From assembly GCA_026026165.1 (NCBI GenBank), contig JAPEUD010000018.1:1-64000 (forward strand): DNA of 64,000 nucleotides, read 5' to 3'. The notes below the pieces were generated by a model, which was given only the letters and a program-made list of their open reading frames with translations, made no database searches and was not told where the DNA came from. Source of the DNA: Sarea resinae. Lineage: Eukaryota. Positions 24,489 through 38,405 of the stretch are shown one piece after another. Position 1 is the stretch's first letter. Each line of letters starts with the position of its first letter. Both the position numbers and the translations under genes were made by a program.

Positions 24489-25291
24489 CGCTACGTTTAA
24501 AGAGTGGCCTCCTGTAAGCCAGATGATCGTAGCTTTCGTGTCTTTACACTCATGGAAGATGAGGCTTTAGCATCTGCTACTGCCGTACTCATCATTGCTC
24601 TCTGAAGTGACGACAGCCGGGCACGCCATACCTCACCTTACCTTATACGCCGTGGACGGGGGCGCGGAGGCTTGACGTTTTAGTGGCGGCGGCTCGACCA
24701 GCCCAGGGCCCGCCCCTCCCCGCCCCTCCCTGCCCCTCCCTTCCCTCCCCTCTTCGGACCCTGCAGAACGACGGCGAATGGAGAGAAGGGGATTGATCAA
24801 ATCCGAAATTAACCATCCGAACAATACGGCATTTGGCGAGAATACCGAACAATACATACGGAGTTTGATATCTGAAGATTGAGATTGAGATTGAGATTGA
24901 CGACGCAGCTTTATCTATCTCCGAGCTACATCCAACGAGTGCTCCGATAACATACAACATAAGTACCTACCCCGCCAGAGCGCAATAATATTGCGGGCTT
25001 TTGCAGCCGGTTCGAAAAGGCCAAGTCACGGCAGGTTCGGTGGCATTAATTGGGAACTCGATCGCGAAGAATCTCTGCAGTCGCACGGTTCGTAAGATCG
25101 GATAGCATCCTCCTCCTCGGGACCGTAGAGGGCGCGTGGCGGACAGTGGACACAAGAACACGTTGTGAAGCGGGATCTTCAGCCCAGCCGCGCCCATCCC
25201 CCACCGCCGCCGCCGCCGTCGCCGCAGCGCTTCCATCAATAATAGATGAGAAGTACACGCATATCCGTCTTCGACCACCTAATTGATAATC

Positions 25292-26924
25292 ATGGCATAT
25301 CAAAGCAAGTACAACCCAGACGCATTACCAGCGTAAGTTGCCCTTCAAGTGCTTTTCCTGACCTTCGCAAAGATCTTCCAACCTGTAAACCTTTGCGAGT
25401 CATAGTGATCCAGCGCCAACGGGAAATGTGATTGCTAATCTCTGGCGCAGGCATGCTGAACCCGAACAGGTGAATCACACCCCGTATGTGATGATCGCTA
25501 TCGGTCTGACGTGAATCCAATATTCAGGCGGCGCAAATGCTCTCCTCCCATCAGGCTCCCCCGCGGCTCTCCTCGCGTCCACATGCAAGCTCGCAGCCGG
25601 GTCACTATAGCTCGAACGAACAGAGTTACGCTCCGCCAAACTACAATAAGCCACAGCCGCCCATGCCGGCGCCTGTTCAGCAGCTCCAGTCTCAGACGAG
25701 CGGAAGCTACGGCCGCGGAAGCAACAATGGCTACGCCAGCCCCTCACACAGCTACAGCGTTGACTCGGTGCCGAGATATAGCAGCGCTGGACCCGGACCA
25801 TCTCCACCGCCTCCGCAGAACTATGTATACGGAGCGCCGCCTCCTCAACGATACACGACTACCAGTCCTCATGCTGTAGATTCGAGGATCCCGCCTTCGC
25901 CTCAGCCGTGGGCTAACGAGGGGACGCAGCCGTCGCTTTTCCCGCTATTCAAAGCTGTTGATAAAATGGGTGAGTGTAGAAGGTGTGAAGAGAGAAGGAC
26001 GGAGCTAAGACAGGTCGAACAGGTACTGGACAGTTGACCGAGAAGGAATTGAAAACCGCTCTAGTAAATGGAGACTATACGTCGTTTGACCCGCACACGG
26101 TTCGAATGATGATAAGGTCAGCCCCTTTTTTTACTCGTAGCTCGACGAAGGACTAACGGCTGCGAAGAATGTTCGATACAGACCGCTCAGGCACAATTAA
26201 CTACGACGAGTTCTGGTATAGTGATTTCTCCGTTACGCACATGGCCATGACTAACGCGCGCTGCCGGATTCTAGTGGTCTCTGGGGCTTTCTCGCCTCCT
26301 GGCGCTCGCTCTTCGACCGCTTCGATGAAGACAGAAGTGGCAATATCAGCTATGACGAATATTCCCGGGCCCTGGTTGGTGTGTCTACCACTCGATCTGA
26401 TTCAATATCGTAAAGGGGTCTAACAGCGTATGCTTTAGCCTTTGGTTACCGTCTCTCGCCCCAGTTTGTCCAACTCCTCTTCCGGTCTTTTGATAAAAGA
26501 GGTATAAGATCTCTCCTCTCCACAATCCGCGCATTTCTATTTTTAACAATGCCGTTGCGGACGATCTTCCATCTCCCGGAGTGCCGTATTGTCTCGTATT
26601 ATCCTAGTGCTGACGAGGAGACCTGCAGGTGAAAACGCCATCTCCTTTGACCTCTTTATGCAATCGTGCATCAGTCTGAAGCGCATGACGGACGTGTTCA
26701 AGAAATATGATGATGATCGTGATGGATATATCACCCTAAGCTTGTGAGTTCCGACACTTTCCGTATTAGGTGCATGTCTGAGGAGCGGATTGCTGATGTT
26801 GAGGTAGTGAGGAGTTTTTGACGGGTAAGTCTTTCTGTAGTAGCTAACGCATGACCCTCTCATGGGCCATTGCCGTCGTGCCTTTCGCTTCTGACGCCCT
26901 TTAGAGATCCTCCGGCAGCGATGA
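25292..26924 (+). CDS. pef1: Penta-EF-hand Ca2+-binding protein (peflin/ALG-2-like)
   Basis: Pro-rich N-terminus followed by EF hands (VDKMGTGQLTEKEL, FDTDRSGTINYDEF, FDEDRSGNISYDEY, YDDDRDGYITLSFEEF); 10 exons. Confidence 0.92.
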
Positions 26925-27539
26925 ATGTGTCGTCGTCCGCTCTTTTGTTTCTCATTGCGCGAACCAGCAGACTCTCACCCCCTTTTTCGCACTACAATAA
27001 GATTCTCCACGCACGCTGGCTCCGCCATGTCACAATCGCCCTCCAGCCGCCCGACCGCTCCATGCACCTGCTCCACCCTTTGGACTAGCATTCAACATTC
27101 ATCTTCTCCTTTCTTCCTCTTAACCGTCGGCTCCGAAAGAAGCCAGTCACCGTGGGCCAGCCATGACTCTAGCACTCACAGCAAGCAGACACAGCCGAAG
27201 AGCGAACAATGGTCATCCTGCGCTAATGTTCCCGCGTGCTTTGTGTTACCTTTGCATATCCCGGATCCCCACCGACTTCTACCGACTATTTCTTTCGAAC
27301 TTTTTTTTTGTTTCCATTCCTGTTCTTTTCTTCCTTGGGGGCGAGATAATGCAATAGTGAAGCCCAGCAGATGAGTCGATGATGATGGCAACGTTGATGT
27401 TGATGGTGACAACGACAACGACAACGACAACAACGGCAACGACCACGACGCGGCAGACCGACAGACCGACAGATCGGCAGCGATACCCCGTATCTCCATC
27501 TTGTTTTCTTTGTTCCCATCTCTCCATCTATCTTATCTT

Positions 27540-29700
27540 TTCGGATCTATTTCTCCATCTATCTTTTCGGATCTCTATCTATCTATCTATCCCGATATCT
27601 AACTTTTATATCCTACCATACAAATAAGATAAAAATCAAATCTGATCAAATACAAATCACGCGTCTTTATTTTCTAACATGAAGAGTCCTAATGTTTCCA
27701 TTCTTGCTTTTCCTTTCTTTCCTTTTTCTCTTCTCTTCTCTTCTCTTCTTCTTTCTATTCTTTCTGAAAAGTGGGCCGAGCAAAGCAAAGCAAATCAGCC
27801 ACCCAACCACCTAATACCACACAAGCACAGCACAGTGCAGCACAGCACAGCACACTATAGGACAGCATAATACAACAGATCGAGATACAGAAATAGACGC
27901 ATAAATCCAATCCGATCCAATCCAATCATCCTACTTTCAAACCTTCTATTAAGCTCCTCCCCCGCCCCCCTCCCCTCCTCTCTCTCCTAGTGAAAAATCT
28001 CGTTTATTGATTTAATCTATTAATTAAGAAAGAGAAAATAAAAAAGAGAAAAAGAAAAGAATGGGTCTTTTTTAAGGGGGTTTTAGGGTTTTAGGTTTCT
28101 AGGTTTTAGATACAAGTAGAATTGCTAAAGAGATAGGTAGGAGGTGCGGGTGATAAGAGAGAGGGGGTCAGTAGAAAGGGGTTAGCTAGAGAGACAGATA
28201 AGAGAAGGAGGTAAGCGAAGAAGAGAAAAAGAGAAGAGAAGGAGAGAAAAAGAGGAGAGCGAGTTAGTGAAGATAGAAGGAGGAAGAGAAGGATTATTTA
28301 GGTTATTATTATGATTATCATTATCACTGTAGTCCTAATGATCTTGCTCACAGCAGAAGCGAATAACAGTACAGTAAGAGACTAGAACAAACCCCTCCCC
28401 CCCTCTTTTGCAAATTAATTAAGGGCGCAGGGGAGGGGTAGGGGAGTAAAGAACGCAGGCTAATATATATTTTGTAGGGTAGAGATTTTGATGTTAGTAA
28501 AAACAGGGGTCGAGTGTAGTGTAGTCTCTGTGTGTGTGTTTTTTTCCTTTTACAAGAGAAGAGAAGAGAGAGAGAGAGGAGAGAGGTGTGATAAGATAGT
28601 TTAGGGGTCTAGGAGAGGTAGAGTAGAGGAGCTAGAGTAGTAGAGTTTAAGAAGGGTAGAGTAGAATAGAGTTATAGAGTGCCTAGTAAGAGTAGTCAGA
28701 GAGTGTGTACCTTAGATATATGTCTAAGTATAGATGTATATATAAATATATAGATATATTATTATCATTTTTTTGTTTTTGCCCTCTCTATTTATATAAG
28801 GGGTTCCCTCTCTCTCCTTTTACCTTCTTCTGCTTCTCTTCCTCCTTCTCCTTCTCTTCCTCCTTCTCCTTCTCCTTCTCATTCTCCTCTTGCCCCTTTT
28901 CCACCTGCTCCTCCTCCTTCCTCGGCCCAAACATCCACGTAGACAACAGATAAGATAAGATACTGCAAGGAATCAGAAAGATGTAGGTCCAATATTGACA
29001 TCAACATTGACATTGACCTCAACTACATATTTGTATGTATGCGTGCACGTATACATAGATGCACGTATGTGTATATGTATAGGGAAAGAAAAGAAAAGAA
29101 AAGGAACCGAAAAAACGCCGGAGAGAGAAAGACTTTTAGGGATGTGATGCGATAGTCTTGATGCCAAGGATGGAGATGGGGATGGAGATGCGGGTGGAGG
29201 TAGAGGTAAGGATGCAAGGATGCAGGGGGATAGAGGGTAAGGGGTAAGGGGTAGGGGGTAGGGGGATGTGGTTGGGATATGTAGATGAGCTGGAGATGGA
29301 GATGAGATGTGAAGCCGGATATCTAGATGCAATGCCGTATGCGATCCACGCCGTGTAGATGTCCTGAGAGAAAGAGAGGGTGAGAGAAGTGGTATGTTCA
29401 TCCTTTGCGGCTGAGATGGCACGAGCGCAGTCTAATCGAGTAAGATGAGCTTGGAGGGGACGAGCCTGGAGGACAGGAGCCTGAGGAAAAGCGGATCCCC
29501 GATCGAACCGATCGATCAGCCGACCGACTGCAATGACTGGCTCGAGGTACAGGTATAGGCCTACGAAGACCCAGGGAAAGACGGAGATGAGATGAGATGA
29601 GATGAGACGGAATGAGATGAGATGTGAGGCCCATTCGTCCACCGATGGCGATGCTGAAGACTTTCCGAAGAAAAAGAAAAAAACGTTGGCGCATGAGATA
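27540..29700. repeat. Large simple-sequence/low-complexity intergenic island between convergent pef1 and MFS genes
   Basis: (GA)n, (CTCTT)n, (CACAG)n, (GATGA)n and (GGGGTAR)n tracts; no credible ORF. Confidence 0.8.
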
Positions 29701-29733
29701 TCATCCAGAGAATTGCGACGAGAACGAAAAAGA

Positions 29734-31885
29734 CTAAATATCCTCTTTACTCGACGAGCCCCTCTTCTGCGCTTCCTCGTCATCCGGCAGGCCCTCGTCG
29801 TCCGCACCGCCGCCAGAAACATCCTGCGATTTCCGCCCTCCCCGGCCTTCCGCCTTCAGTCTCTTCTCGGCCTCGCGCTCCCGCCTCTTTTCCTCCTCGG
29901 CCGCCAGGCCCGTCTTGGTCTCCTGGTGGACCTTGCTGAGCTTGTACTGGCCGACAAAGAGGGCCGCCACGAGCCCGGCCCCGCTGAAACACGTGTACAT
30001 GATCCACATGTTGCGCATGCTCTCGGTGAAGGCGGTGCGCGCGACTTCCTGCTCGTGGCCGCGCAGATGGTCGACGACCTGGACGTTGGCGCCCGCGGAG
30101 CCGCCCGATAGCTGGGAGGCTGCGGATGCCGGCAAAGCGCTCCGCAGCTGCGCCTGGTGGTTCGACATGCCGTTCTGGAAGACGACGCCGCCGATGACGA
30201 CGGAAATGGCCGTGGCGAGGTTGCGGACGAAGCCAAAGGTGGCCGTCGCCGTGGCGATGTCCTTGGGCGGCACGAGCGCCTGCAGCGCGATCAGGGGCGA
30301 TTGGAAATTCGGCCCGACCCCGACGCCCGCGATGAGCTGGAAGATGATCAGTTTGGCCCAGTTGGAGTTGCGGGTGAAGTCGATGAAGAGTCCGACGCCC
30401 AGCGTCATCATGAGGAAACCGAAGATGATGGGCGGCAGGTAGCGGCCTGTCTTGCGGATGAAGATGCCCGTGGCCGCCGAACAGATGGAGAGAGAGAGGG
30501 CAAAGGGGAGGATGTAGACGCCCGAGAGTAAGGCAGTCGCGCCGCGGACGGCCTGGAAGTACAGCGGCAGGTAGTAGGTGCCGGAGATGAAGGTGATACC
30601 ATGGAAGAGACAAACGAGTAGGGCGGCGATGTTCGAGCGGTGCGAGAACAGGCGCAGCGGCATGACCGGGTATGAGGCTAGGTATTTCTCGTTGACGACA
30701 AAGAGGCAAGCGGTCACGACGCCGAAGACGATGAGGCAGACCACGGTGGCCGACGACCAGGGAAAGGTGACGCCACCGAATTCGAGACCGAGGAGAAACA
30801 TGAGCGTGCCGCCGATGATGGCCAGGGAGCCGAGCCAGTCGATGGCCTTGAGACCGGCGAGGAGGGGTGTTTTGGGCGTCTGGAGATCGAGGAAGATGAA
30901 GATGATGATAAAGGCGAGGCCGTCGAGGGGAACTGCGAAGTTTTAGCTACCTGGACGAAGAAAATGTGCGAGGGAGTTCTCGGGCTTACGATTGATGTAG
31001 AAACACCATCGCCAGCTGACTTTTTCGGTAAAGGCACCTCCGATGACGGGACCCAAAGCGCCGGCCAAAGCCCAGACACCGCCGACGATGCCAAAGTAGG
31101 TTGCGCGGTTTCTATCCATCCATATCAGCACCTTCTTCCAGTCGACGACGCGAGCTCCGTTACTGACCGCATACTGAACAGATCACTGATGCAAATATTG
31201 ACCAAGATGATCAACCCGCCTCCGCCCACACCCTGGATCGCCCGGCCGACAATCAGCATGCCGATACTGTTCGACAGCGCCGAGACCAACGAGCCGACGA
31301 AGAAGACAAAGTTCGCGATGAGCAGAACGGGTTTGCGGCCCCAGATATCGCTGAACTTGCCCCATGAGGGCGTCGAGGCCGCGTTGGCCAGGAGGTAGGC
31401 AGAGCCGATCCAGGTGTAGCCGGCCGAGGAATGGAAGTGGGCGGAGATGGTGGGCAGAGCGGTTGCGATGATGGTCTGCGTCACAGTCAGCTTTCTATTC
31501 TCTGGGGTCCTTTATAGATGAGAGCATACCGTGTCCAATGCTGCAAGGAAAACAGCCATCTGCCATTCAATTCGGTCAGCCACCTCCCACTTGATCGTCA
31601 GGCTTTCGAGAGGATACATACACACAAAGCCGACATCAACACAGCAATCTTGCCAGTGCTCCGATGCGGCTTCTTCTCAGGCTCACCTCCCTGCGCCTGG
31701 GCTGTCGCCGCCGCTGGATCTGTCTTTTCCGAGACCGAGCCATTGATATCCTCAGGCTTCTCCATCTGGACATTCGTCGGCACGGCTCCCGTCGCATCTG
31801 CGCCAATGCCGGCCTCGGCCTCAGCCGCTTCTCTCGCGACGGGAGGAGGCATGGCGGCCGTCGGTCCATCTGCGTCGGAACTCAT
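29734..31885 (-). CDS. MFS drug:H+ antiporter, DHA2 (14-TMS) family
   Basis: [73 protein letters not shown]; 5 exons. Confidence 0.93.
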
Positions 31886-34384
31886 GACTTGAAGCGGATG
31901 ATGATGATGATGATGATCATAAGACAGCTGCCGATGTTGCCACCACCACCACGTAGCTACCGACAGGGACACAAAATCAAACTGGACGGAGAGAGTGGTG
32001 ATTTATAGAATGAACGAAAGTCGACGGCGAATAACATCACCATGTCCGTCTCACTCTTTTTGTCGGTGTTCGCTTTGGTCGAGTCATAGGCACTACTACT
32101 ACCTAGTAATCATCACTCACACTAGCACAACCACGACCACCAGCGGAAACATGGCAGATCTCGCAGCCCTGGAGGGCAGATGACCCTCTACCATCCATGC
32201 ATTTCTCCACACTACTTGGCACGATTGCAGCCGATGCACCAAGGAGCCCTAGTCCACGGCCGCGTATTCTTTCTTGGTACGCCCCAACATCCGAGCATTA
32301 TCATCACAGGAGGAGAGGACTACAGTACTCGTAAAGCGCAGTGACTAGTAGGTAGTCGACTAAGCTTTGTCGGTCAAAAATGGATTACGTGACGAACTTG
32401 GAAGTCAACAATTGGCCGTCGAAGCCTGTCGAGGACGTGCAATCCTGCCGTTCTGTACTATACCACCGCACTGCATTATTGCATTGAATGTAAATGCAAG
32501 TGACAACGGTGAAAACAGTGAAAGCGTGCCAAAGGATCAAGATGTCTCCCTCTGATACTGCAACCGACCGAAGAAGATGAAGCACGGAGATCATAGTAGA
32601 ACTCCAAAGCACACTCCGCTCCACTCCACTCCACTTAAACCTCTCAACGTCCAAACATGCAGTATCCAATTCCTGATCTTCAATCCCAACACCCCGAACC
32701 ACCCGTCTACCGCGCCGCACCTAACGAAAACCGCGCGAAACTTGGGGCGCGGAGGTTCGGGCTTTCGGGCTTTCGGTTTCCTCGGAGGGGGTCCGTCTAG
32801 CGGGCACCGGTGGTGGCCGTTGGCCGCCATGTGTGCTTGCGCGCGCCCGCGACTCGACTGTAGAAGGACAGCGGGGCGGCGCGGCGGCCTTCGGTGTCTA
32901 CTTCCCACCGGTCTCTCGCGGTCCCAATGGTGGCCTACCTACCACTTCCTTTGCCTACCTACTCGGAGTACTATAATCCTAGAGGTACGGTAAGCATTAA
33001 GGTTCCGTCGAGCCTCACTGCGTACTACGTAGTAGATCATACCTACAAACTCTAGATATCATTCTTGGAATCTGAAAGGAATCCTCATCTGTTCACCCAT
33101 TGAACGATACCGTACTTGACCATCGACCCTGTGAGTGGTGTCCTTGGAACGACATGACAGAACAGAAGAGAAACGAATCTAAAAGAGCCGCAACGGGGCG
33201 GTGGAAAGAGAGCAGCGAGCGATACCGGCCTGCCAAGTGCCCGCTCATTTCACATCTCACCGACTCATTCACTCAATTTACCCACTCAAGTCGCGGACTA
33301 CGCCGAAGAGCGAAATGAGGATCGAGAGAGAGGAAAAAGTATGGGAGAGAAGAGCTCCTCCATACCATACAGAGATACCGTCATCGCTTCCGAGGGCACA
33401 TGTCGACTTTCCAAGATGTGCGTCATCAAGGCTTCTTTACTAGAGGGATTGTAATTGATTTCACCCATCTGCAACTATCTGTGCCGCCCAACATTCTTCC
33501 TCTCCCTCCCTCCGTCCCTCTATCCATCCATCCAGTCAGCCGCTCTGGGCATTTCACACAAATACTGTCCACTGGCTTCTCCGAATCAGGCATGACAAGA
33601 GGTAGATACAAGCATCATGGCCAACCACGCCTGTCATCCATGGCAGCGCGAATCCAACCCTCACGGCACAGCCACCCATTCAAGTCCCGCGCAGTATCAT
33701 CAACATCGACGTCATCAGTAGAAAATTTCAGATTTACCGTGCCAGCATATATGATGAGAGAAGAAAAAAGGTAAGATCCGTGCTTTGCAGGTGGAATCGA
33801 CGGTTTGTAATGGAGCGCGACAACGGGCCGAGAGGGGCGAGGATTGGAATGAGAGAAAAGTGGAGAAGCAAAAATGAAGATGTACAAAAGAGGATGGGGA
33901 GGCATTGATGCCCGGGCCTTCACCGAGGCCACTCTCGAGATTATGGTGGAGCTAGTCATTCCGAGCTGGGAGACTCAATCGGAAGACGAAGATGGAACAA
34001 GGACGCGGAAGGAGACGGACACCAAGTAGCAGAAATAGAAAGGAACCCCCTCACACTGAATGAGGGCACATTTCTTGAAAATGGAGACATTCAATTGGGT
34101 CATAGCTGGAAGTGAAAGAGATAATCTAGGAAAAATGACGTGAGGCACAGTGTGCAACCGGTATCGTGAAGTGAATAGAAGTCAAAATGAGAGAAGAAAA
34201 AAGCAGAAAAGCAGAAAGGTAAGTAGTAAAAAGTAGCATGATATAGAAAGCGAATGTGACTCCGACAGACCCTCTTCGCCGAGCATTGAAGATTCAATTT
34301 CCAAGCCACAAAGTACCAAATCCAGGCGATCGCAAGACGCATTAGAACCAAATCGACAGATACCGCCAGACCCCGAACATCGGT

Positions 34385-36226
34385 TTAGATTTTAGCTCGC
34401 TTATTCGCGTCATCGTCCGAGCTATCACCACTTTCCGGACTTTTTCTTTTTCGTTCCCCTTCATCGTCTCTCAGAAAGCTGGGACCGCTTCCGACGACGG
34501 GTGTCTGGAAATTGAGCGGACTGGGAAGCATATTGCTGTCGGCCCCCGCTCTACCAAAACCCCATTCGGGGTAGAAACTCGAAGGTGAAGGAAGCAAGCC
34601 GTCAGCGACGAAACGACTTGGTAAGGCGGAGATGGGGGTTTCAATATTGTGGCTGCTGTACGAATTCGAGTTGGTGACTGGGTTTGGAGGAGGAGGTCGA
34701 GCAAAGGGGTTTGGTGGTCCTTGAGCGCCCGCACTGAGAAGGGCACTGGCACTGGGCGAAGGAGGGGGAAGAACAACTCCAGAACCGTGGCCAGCTTCGG
34801 CACTAAGCTTAGCTGACGTGCCCCCTGTTGTCCCCCCAGATCCTCCCGGTGAGCCACTTGCATTCCCTGCCTCGGCCTCGACCGGGATGTCTACCTTCAG
34901 CTTAGGACGTTTGGCATTGGTCTGTCCGCTATTTGTCCGTGACGGGGTCGCAATATCCGAGATAGAAGATGCAGACGCAGTCCGCTGAGGAGCGGGAGGA
35001 GCTCGATTTGTCAAGGGTGGAGGCGGCGCCGTTGGCCCGGTGATGTTGTTTCTGGACACGCTGCCGACATCAACCGACTGAGATCTTGGACCGATCTCAG
35101 ATTTCATTGGAGGTTCACTCTTTATTGACTCGGCTGTGCTGGCCCCAATCCCCCAGTGCTGGGCTAGTAGAGACCTGCTATCATCTATAGGCGTGAAAAT
35201 ACTCCTGGACTTCGCCGGAGCAGGCCGTTGCTCCGGTAATGGTAAAGAAGCGGGTTCAAGCACGCGGTTCTGTTGCGGCGGAGAAGGGTCGGTGACTCCC
35301 TGAGGACGATCTGGCTGGGGCATAGACGGTGGCATTGACTGTCTTCGAGGTTCTTGCATGTACAATTGATGAGGTTGTGTGTGCGGATGTGCAGGCGGTT
35401 GGAAAGCCTGGTAGTGCGGCTGCTGCCCGGGCTGCGGAGCCATAGGCATGCCAGCACCACCTTGGGGGTTGTAAATCGGTGCGTTTTGCGGCGCATACGC
35501 ATAGCCGTTCTGATTCTGAGGGGGATGAGAGGCTTGAGGATGATTTTGAGGAACAAGATTCGAGCTAGTTCTGCGCACAGTGTTTCTCGATGACGGGCGC
35601 GAACCTCCCTGAGGCGGTTGAGGAGTACTATGTCTATGTGGGAACGGCGGGAAGGGCATGCCGTTTGATATCGGGGGAGAGGCAGAAGGCGTCTGGTTCC
35701 TCATGTGTTGATAAACGGCCTGATTCTGAAGTTGCGGGGCTGCCATTGGGTGGTCTTGTGAGGAGTGGGATTCCGGTGGAGGCGATACCATATCCTCGTC
35801 GTCGTCGTCATCTGCATCCTTCTTACCGGCAAAGTCTTCGGGCCCTTTGTGCTCATGCGGGACTCCATACTAGACTCAAAGATTAACGTCCATGTTTCCG
35901 GTGATCGAAATTGGCGGGCCAACTCACATAAGTATAGCGCTCAAGGGTCTCGTTGATGTTGCCAGAGGAGAACTCGTAAAGCTTCTTATTGTGACCAAAA
36001 ATGATGACCGCAACGTCAACCGAACAGAGGACGGAGAGTTCATGCGCCTTCTTGAACAGACCGCCTTTGCGCTTCAGAAACGTTCTGTGAGTTGCGCGCA
36101 ATCCTCGAGTCAGCCAATGCCTCACAGCTTCGGACCCCACCAGTCCACAGCAGATGCAGATGCGACTCACACTGAGCGATTCCGATCATCCTTGATCGCC
36201 TTTATCTCAATCTTCCTACGCCCCAT
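34385..36226 (-). CDS. rlmA: MEF2-type MADS-box transcription factor Rlm1/RlmA
   Basis: [40 protein letters not shown]-terminal [39 protein letters not shown] motifs; 3 exons. Confidence 0.93.
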
Positions 36227-36881
36227 TGTTGCAATTGCTCTCGGTGACGGGCCGTGACGAGGACGAGGTGGCAACGGCTGATGCGCGAGTCACCAACGAT
36301 CGCAAGAAGGCAACGGCTACTATCAGTTTGGTTATGCCTTGGGCTGCAAAGGCCACAAGAGAGGATATGAAGGAGCCAGAGATCCCAATTCGATTGGGGA
36401 CTCTCAGTCGCCACTACTGAAAAACTACCGCGGTAGCAAGGCTGGGTGGTGAGCTCTCGATATTTTGGACGGGTTTCGACCGTGTAATATAAGGAAGGTG
36501 AGGCAGAGTTACGGAGTGGTGTACGCGATGCCGTACTTCATCGACGGGAAGCGGTGGTAGCAGGTAGCAGGGAGCAAGTAGTTTAGCAGGTCAGGTAGGT
36601 GAGGTAGATAGGTACATAGAGTATGCATCGATTGATACGATGGATCTGATCGGTACTTCCCTAGGCGAAATCGGTCACCTGTTAAGAGCAAACTAGGTAG
36701 CCTGCCACAACCCATCGTATGGTCAGATACCAGAGAGTACCTCTCCTGATGGGAGTCGGCGTACCGATCCTGGCCCGGTGCGAGTAACGAGCCTACCTTA
36801 CCCATCGCCGCTACCTTACCTTACATTACCTGGAGGACCTATTGCCCGATTGGGCTTGATTGCCCGCAAGAGAATGGCCGT

Positions 36882-36891
36882 CTATTTTTAG
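36882..36891. promoter_or_regulatory. Rlm1/MEF2 consensus site CTA(T/A)4TAG
   Basis: CTATTTTTAG about 655 bp upstream of the rlmA ATG. Confidence 0.5.
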
Positions 36892-38405
36892 AGATCTGCT
36901 TTTGGTCATATTAGTGGACATTCACCCCGGTTGGCATACCCCATATAGTTATTTTAAGGACCTTTGTAGAGCTCCTGTCAGACAACATCCCATTCTCCCC
37001 CTCTTTCGTTCTCCTTCCACCATTCGTTAGATCCTGCAAGGTGCACAAGACGACACGGACCTTATGGTTGACTGCACGGCTCGCTCTGCTACCATTCTGG
37101 ATACCAATGTACTGTGATAGCATAGTGCTATGCGGCTCGAATATTCACATTAGTTTGCGATACCATATCAATCACTCCAAGGGCAAAGAGCTTGTGGACC
37201 AGTCCCACCAACCAGGCAGACAAGATAGCTACACTGAGCGCAAAGAACAGATCGTGGTGTCTGATGCTGCTTGGCACAGCCTACTTGTTTTTCCGATGCA
37301 ATTCTGTCATTCTTAGCAAGGCAGAAAATCTTGACTAGAATCACGAACTTTAATTCCCCGCAAATCATACCCTCTCCAATCCGCAGCGTGACATCTGAAA
37401 GATAAGGCCTGCCCTGCGCTTCAAGGCATACCTACCTACGTACATGTAATCGATCGTCAGGATAAGCCATGTGTAAAGGACCCATGTTCAGCCCGACAAT
37501 CTTCTTTCCAAAGCAAGCGTGCGGGAAACCCGGCTATCGATGGTGACAATCAGGTCCCTTACAGGTGTCAGAGGAACCCGAGTGCCGTGCTAGGTCTGTC
37601 CGGTCGAGTATTCTAAAAACAGCCTGCGAGGCTGCAGCGAACGGGCGCTTAGTGACGATGATCCATCCATTTCCATATGTATGGCGGCTCCGCGACGTCG
37701 GTTCGGCAGACAAGATCAGGTACGGTGTGCTTTAGCCGGGAGCTATTTTTGGAGCTGCCACAAGGTTACATGGATCACCGACAGAGGGAGGAAGAACGTG
37801 AAACCCTTTAGATTGATCCGTCATGATGGCGTTTGCTGCACGTCTTCTGCGGGCCGATAACACCACGCGGCCCGTTCCTTGTTCATCGTTTCTATCGTCG
37901 TTTCAGCTTTAGATGTTCATGCAGGTTGGCTATTGTAGGATGGATGTTTTAGGTCGACTCTTGAGTGACGGTCATCAAACAACCTAGTCTACGTTATCGC
38001 AGCAACGGTATGCAATCTTTCCTACCCTTACCTCACGATTATAGATGACTGTGACCGAATTTGAATAGAAACGTTAGCAGAGACGCAATGCATATCCACG
38101 GAACCTAGCATATCGATCTAAGTAGAATTAGATTCGAGTTCACATTGTATTCTTGACATGAGTTGTTATTTCCTTCGAAGGAGCAGGCTTTCCGTTCTGA
38201 TACGTTTACGAAGATGGGTAGAAATTTAGAGAGCTAGTTGAGTTTGTCATAGATTCTTCATCCGGTTCTTTGGAAGTTGGAGCATTCCTTTGAGTCGAAA
38301 ATCGATTTTTAAATATAATAAGTAGTGGCATAGACTCCGCATAGCATAAACCCGTTTGATACAAAGCCCACACCGTACACAGAAGCATCAAATATGCTGA
38401 GATTT

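Noticed and set aside
28077..28108. Interstitial telomere-like TTTTAGGG/TTTTAGG
   Set aside because: Degenerate, few copies, and part of a low-complexity island
29602..30946. Long antisense and alternative-frame ORFs over the MFS gene (also over RTC4-like, CitE-like and aro8)
   Set aside because: Shadow ORFs caused by high GC3; no recognisable motifs
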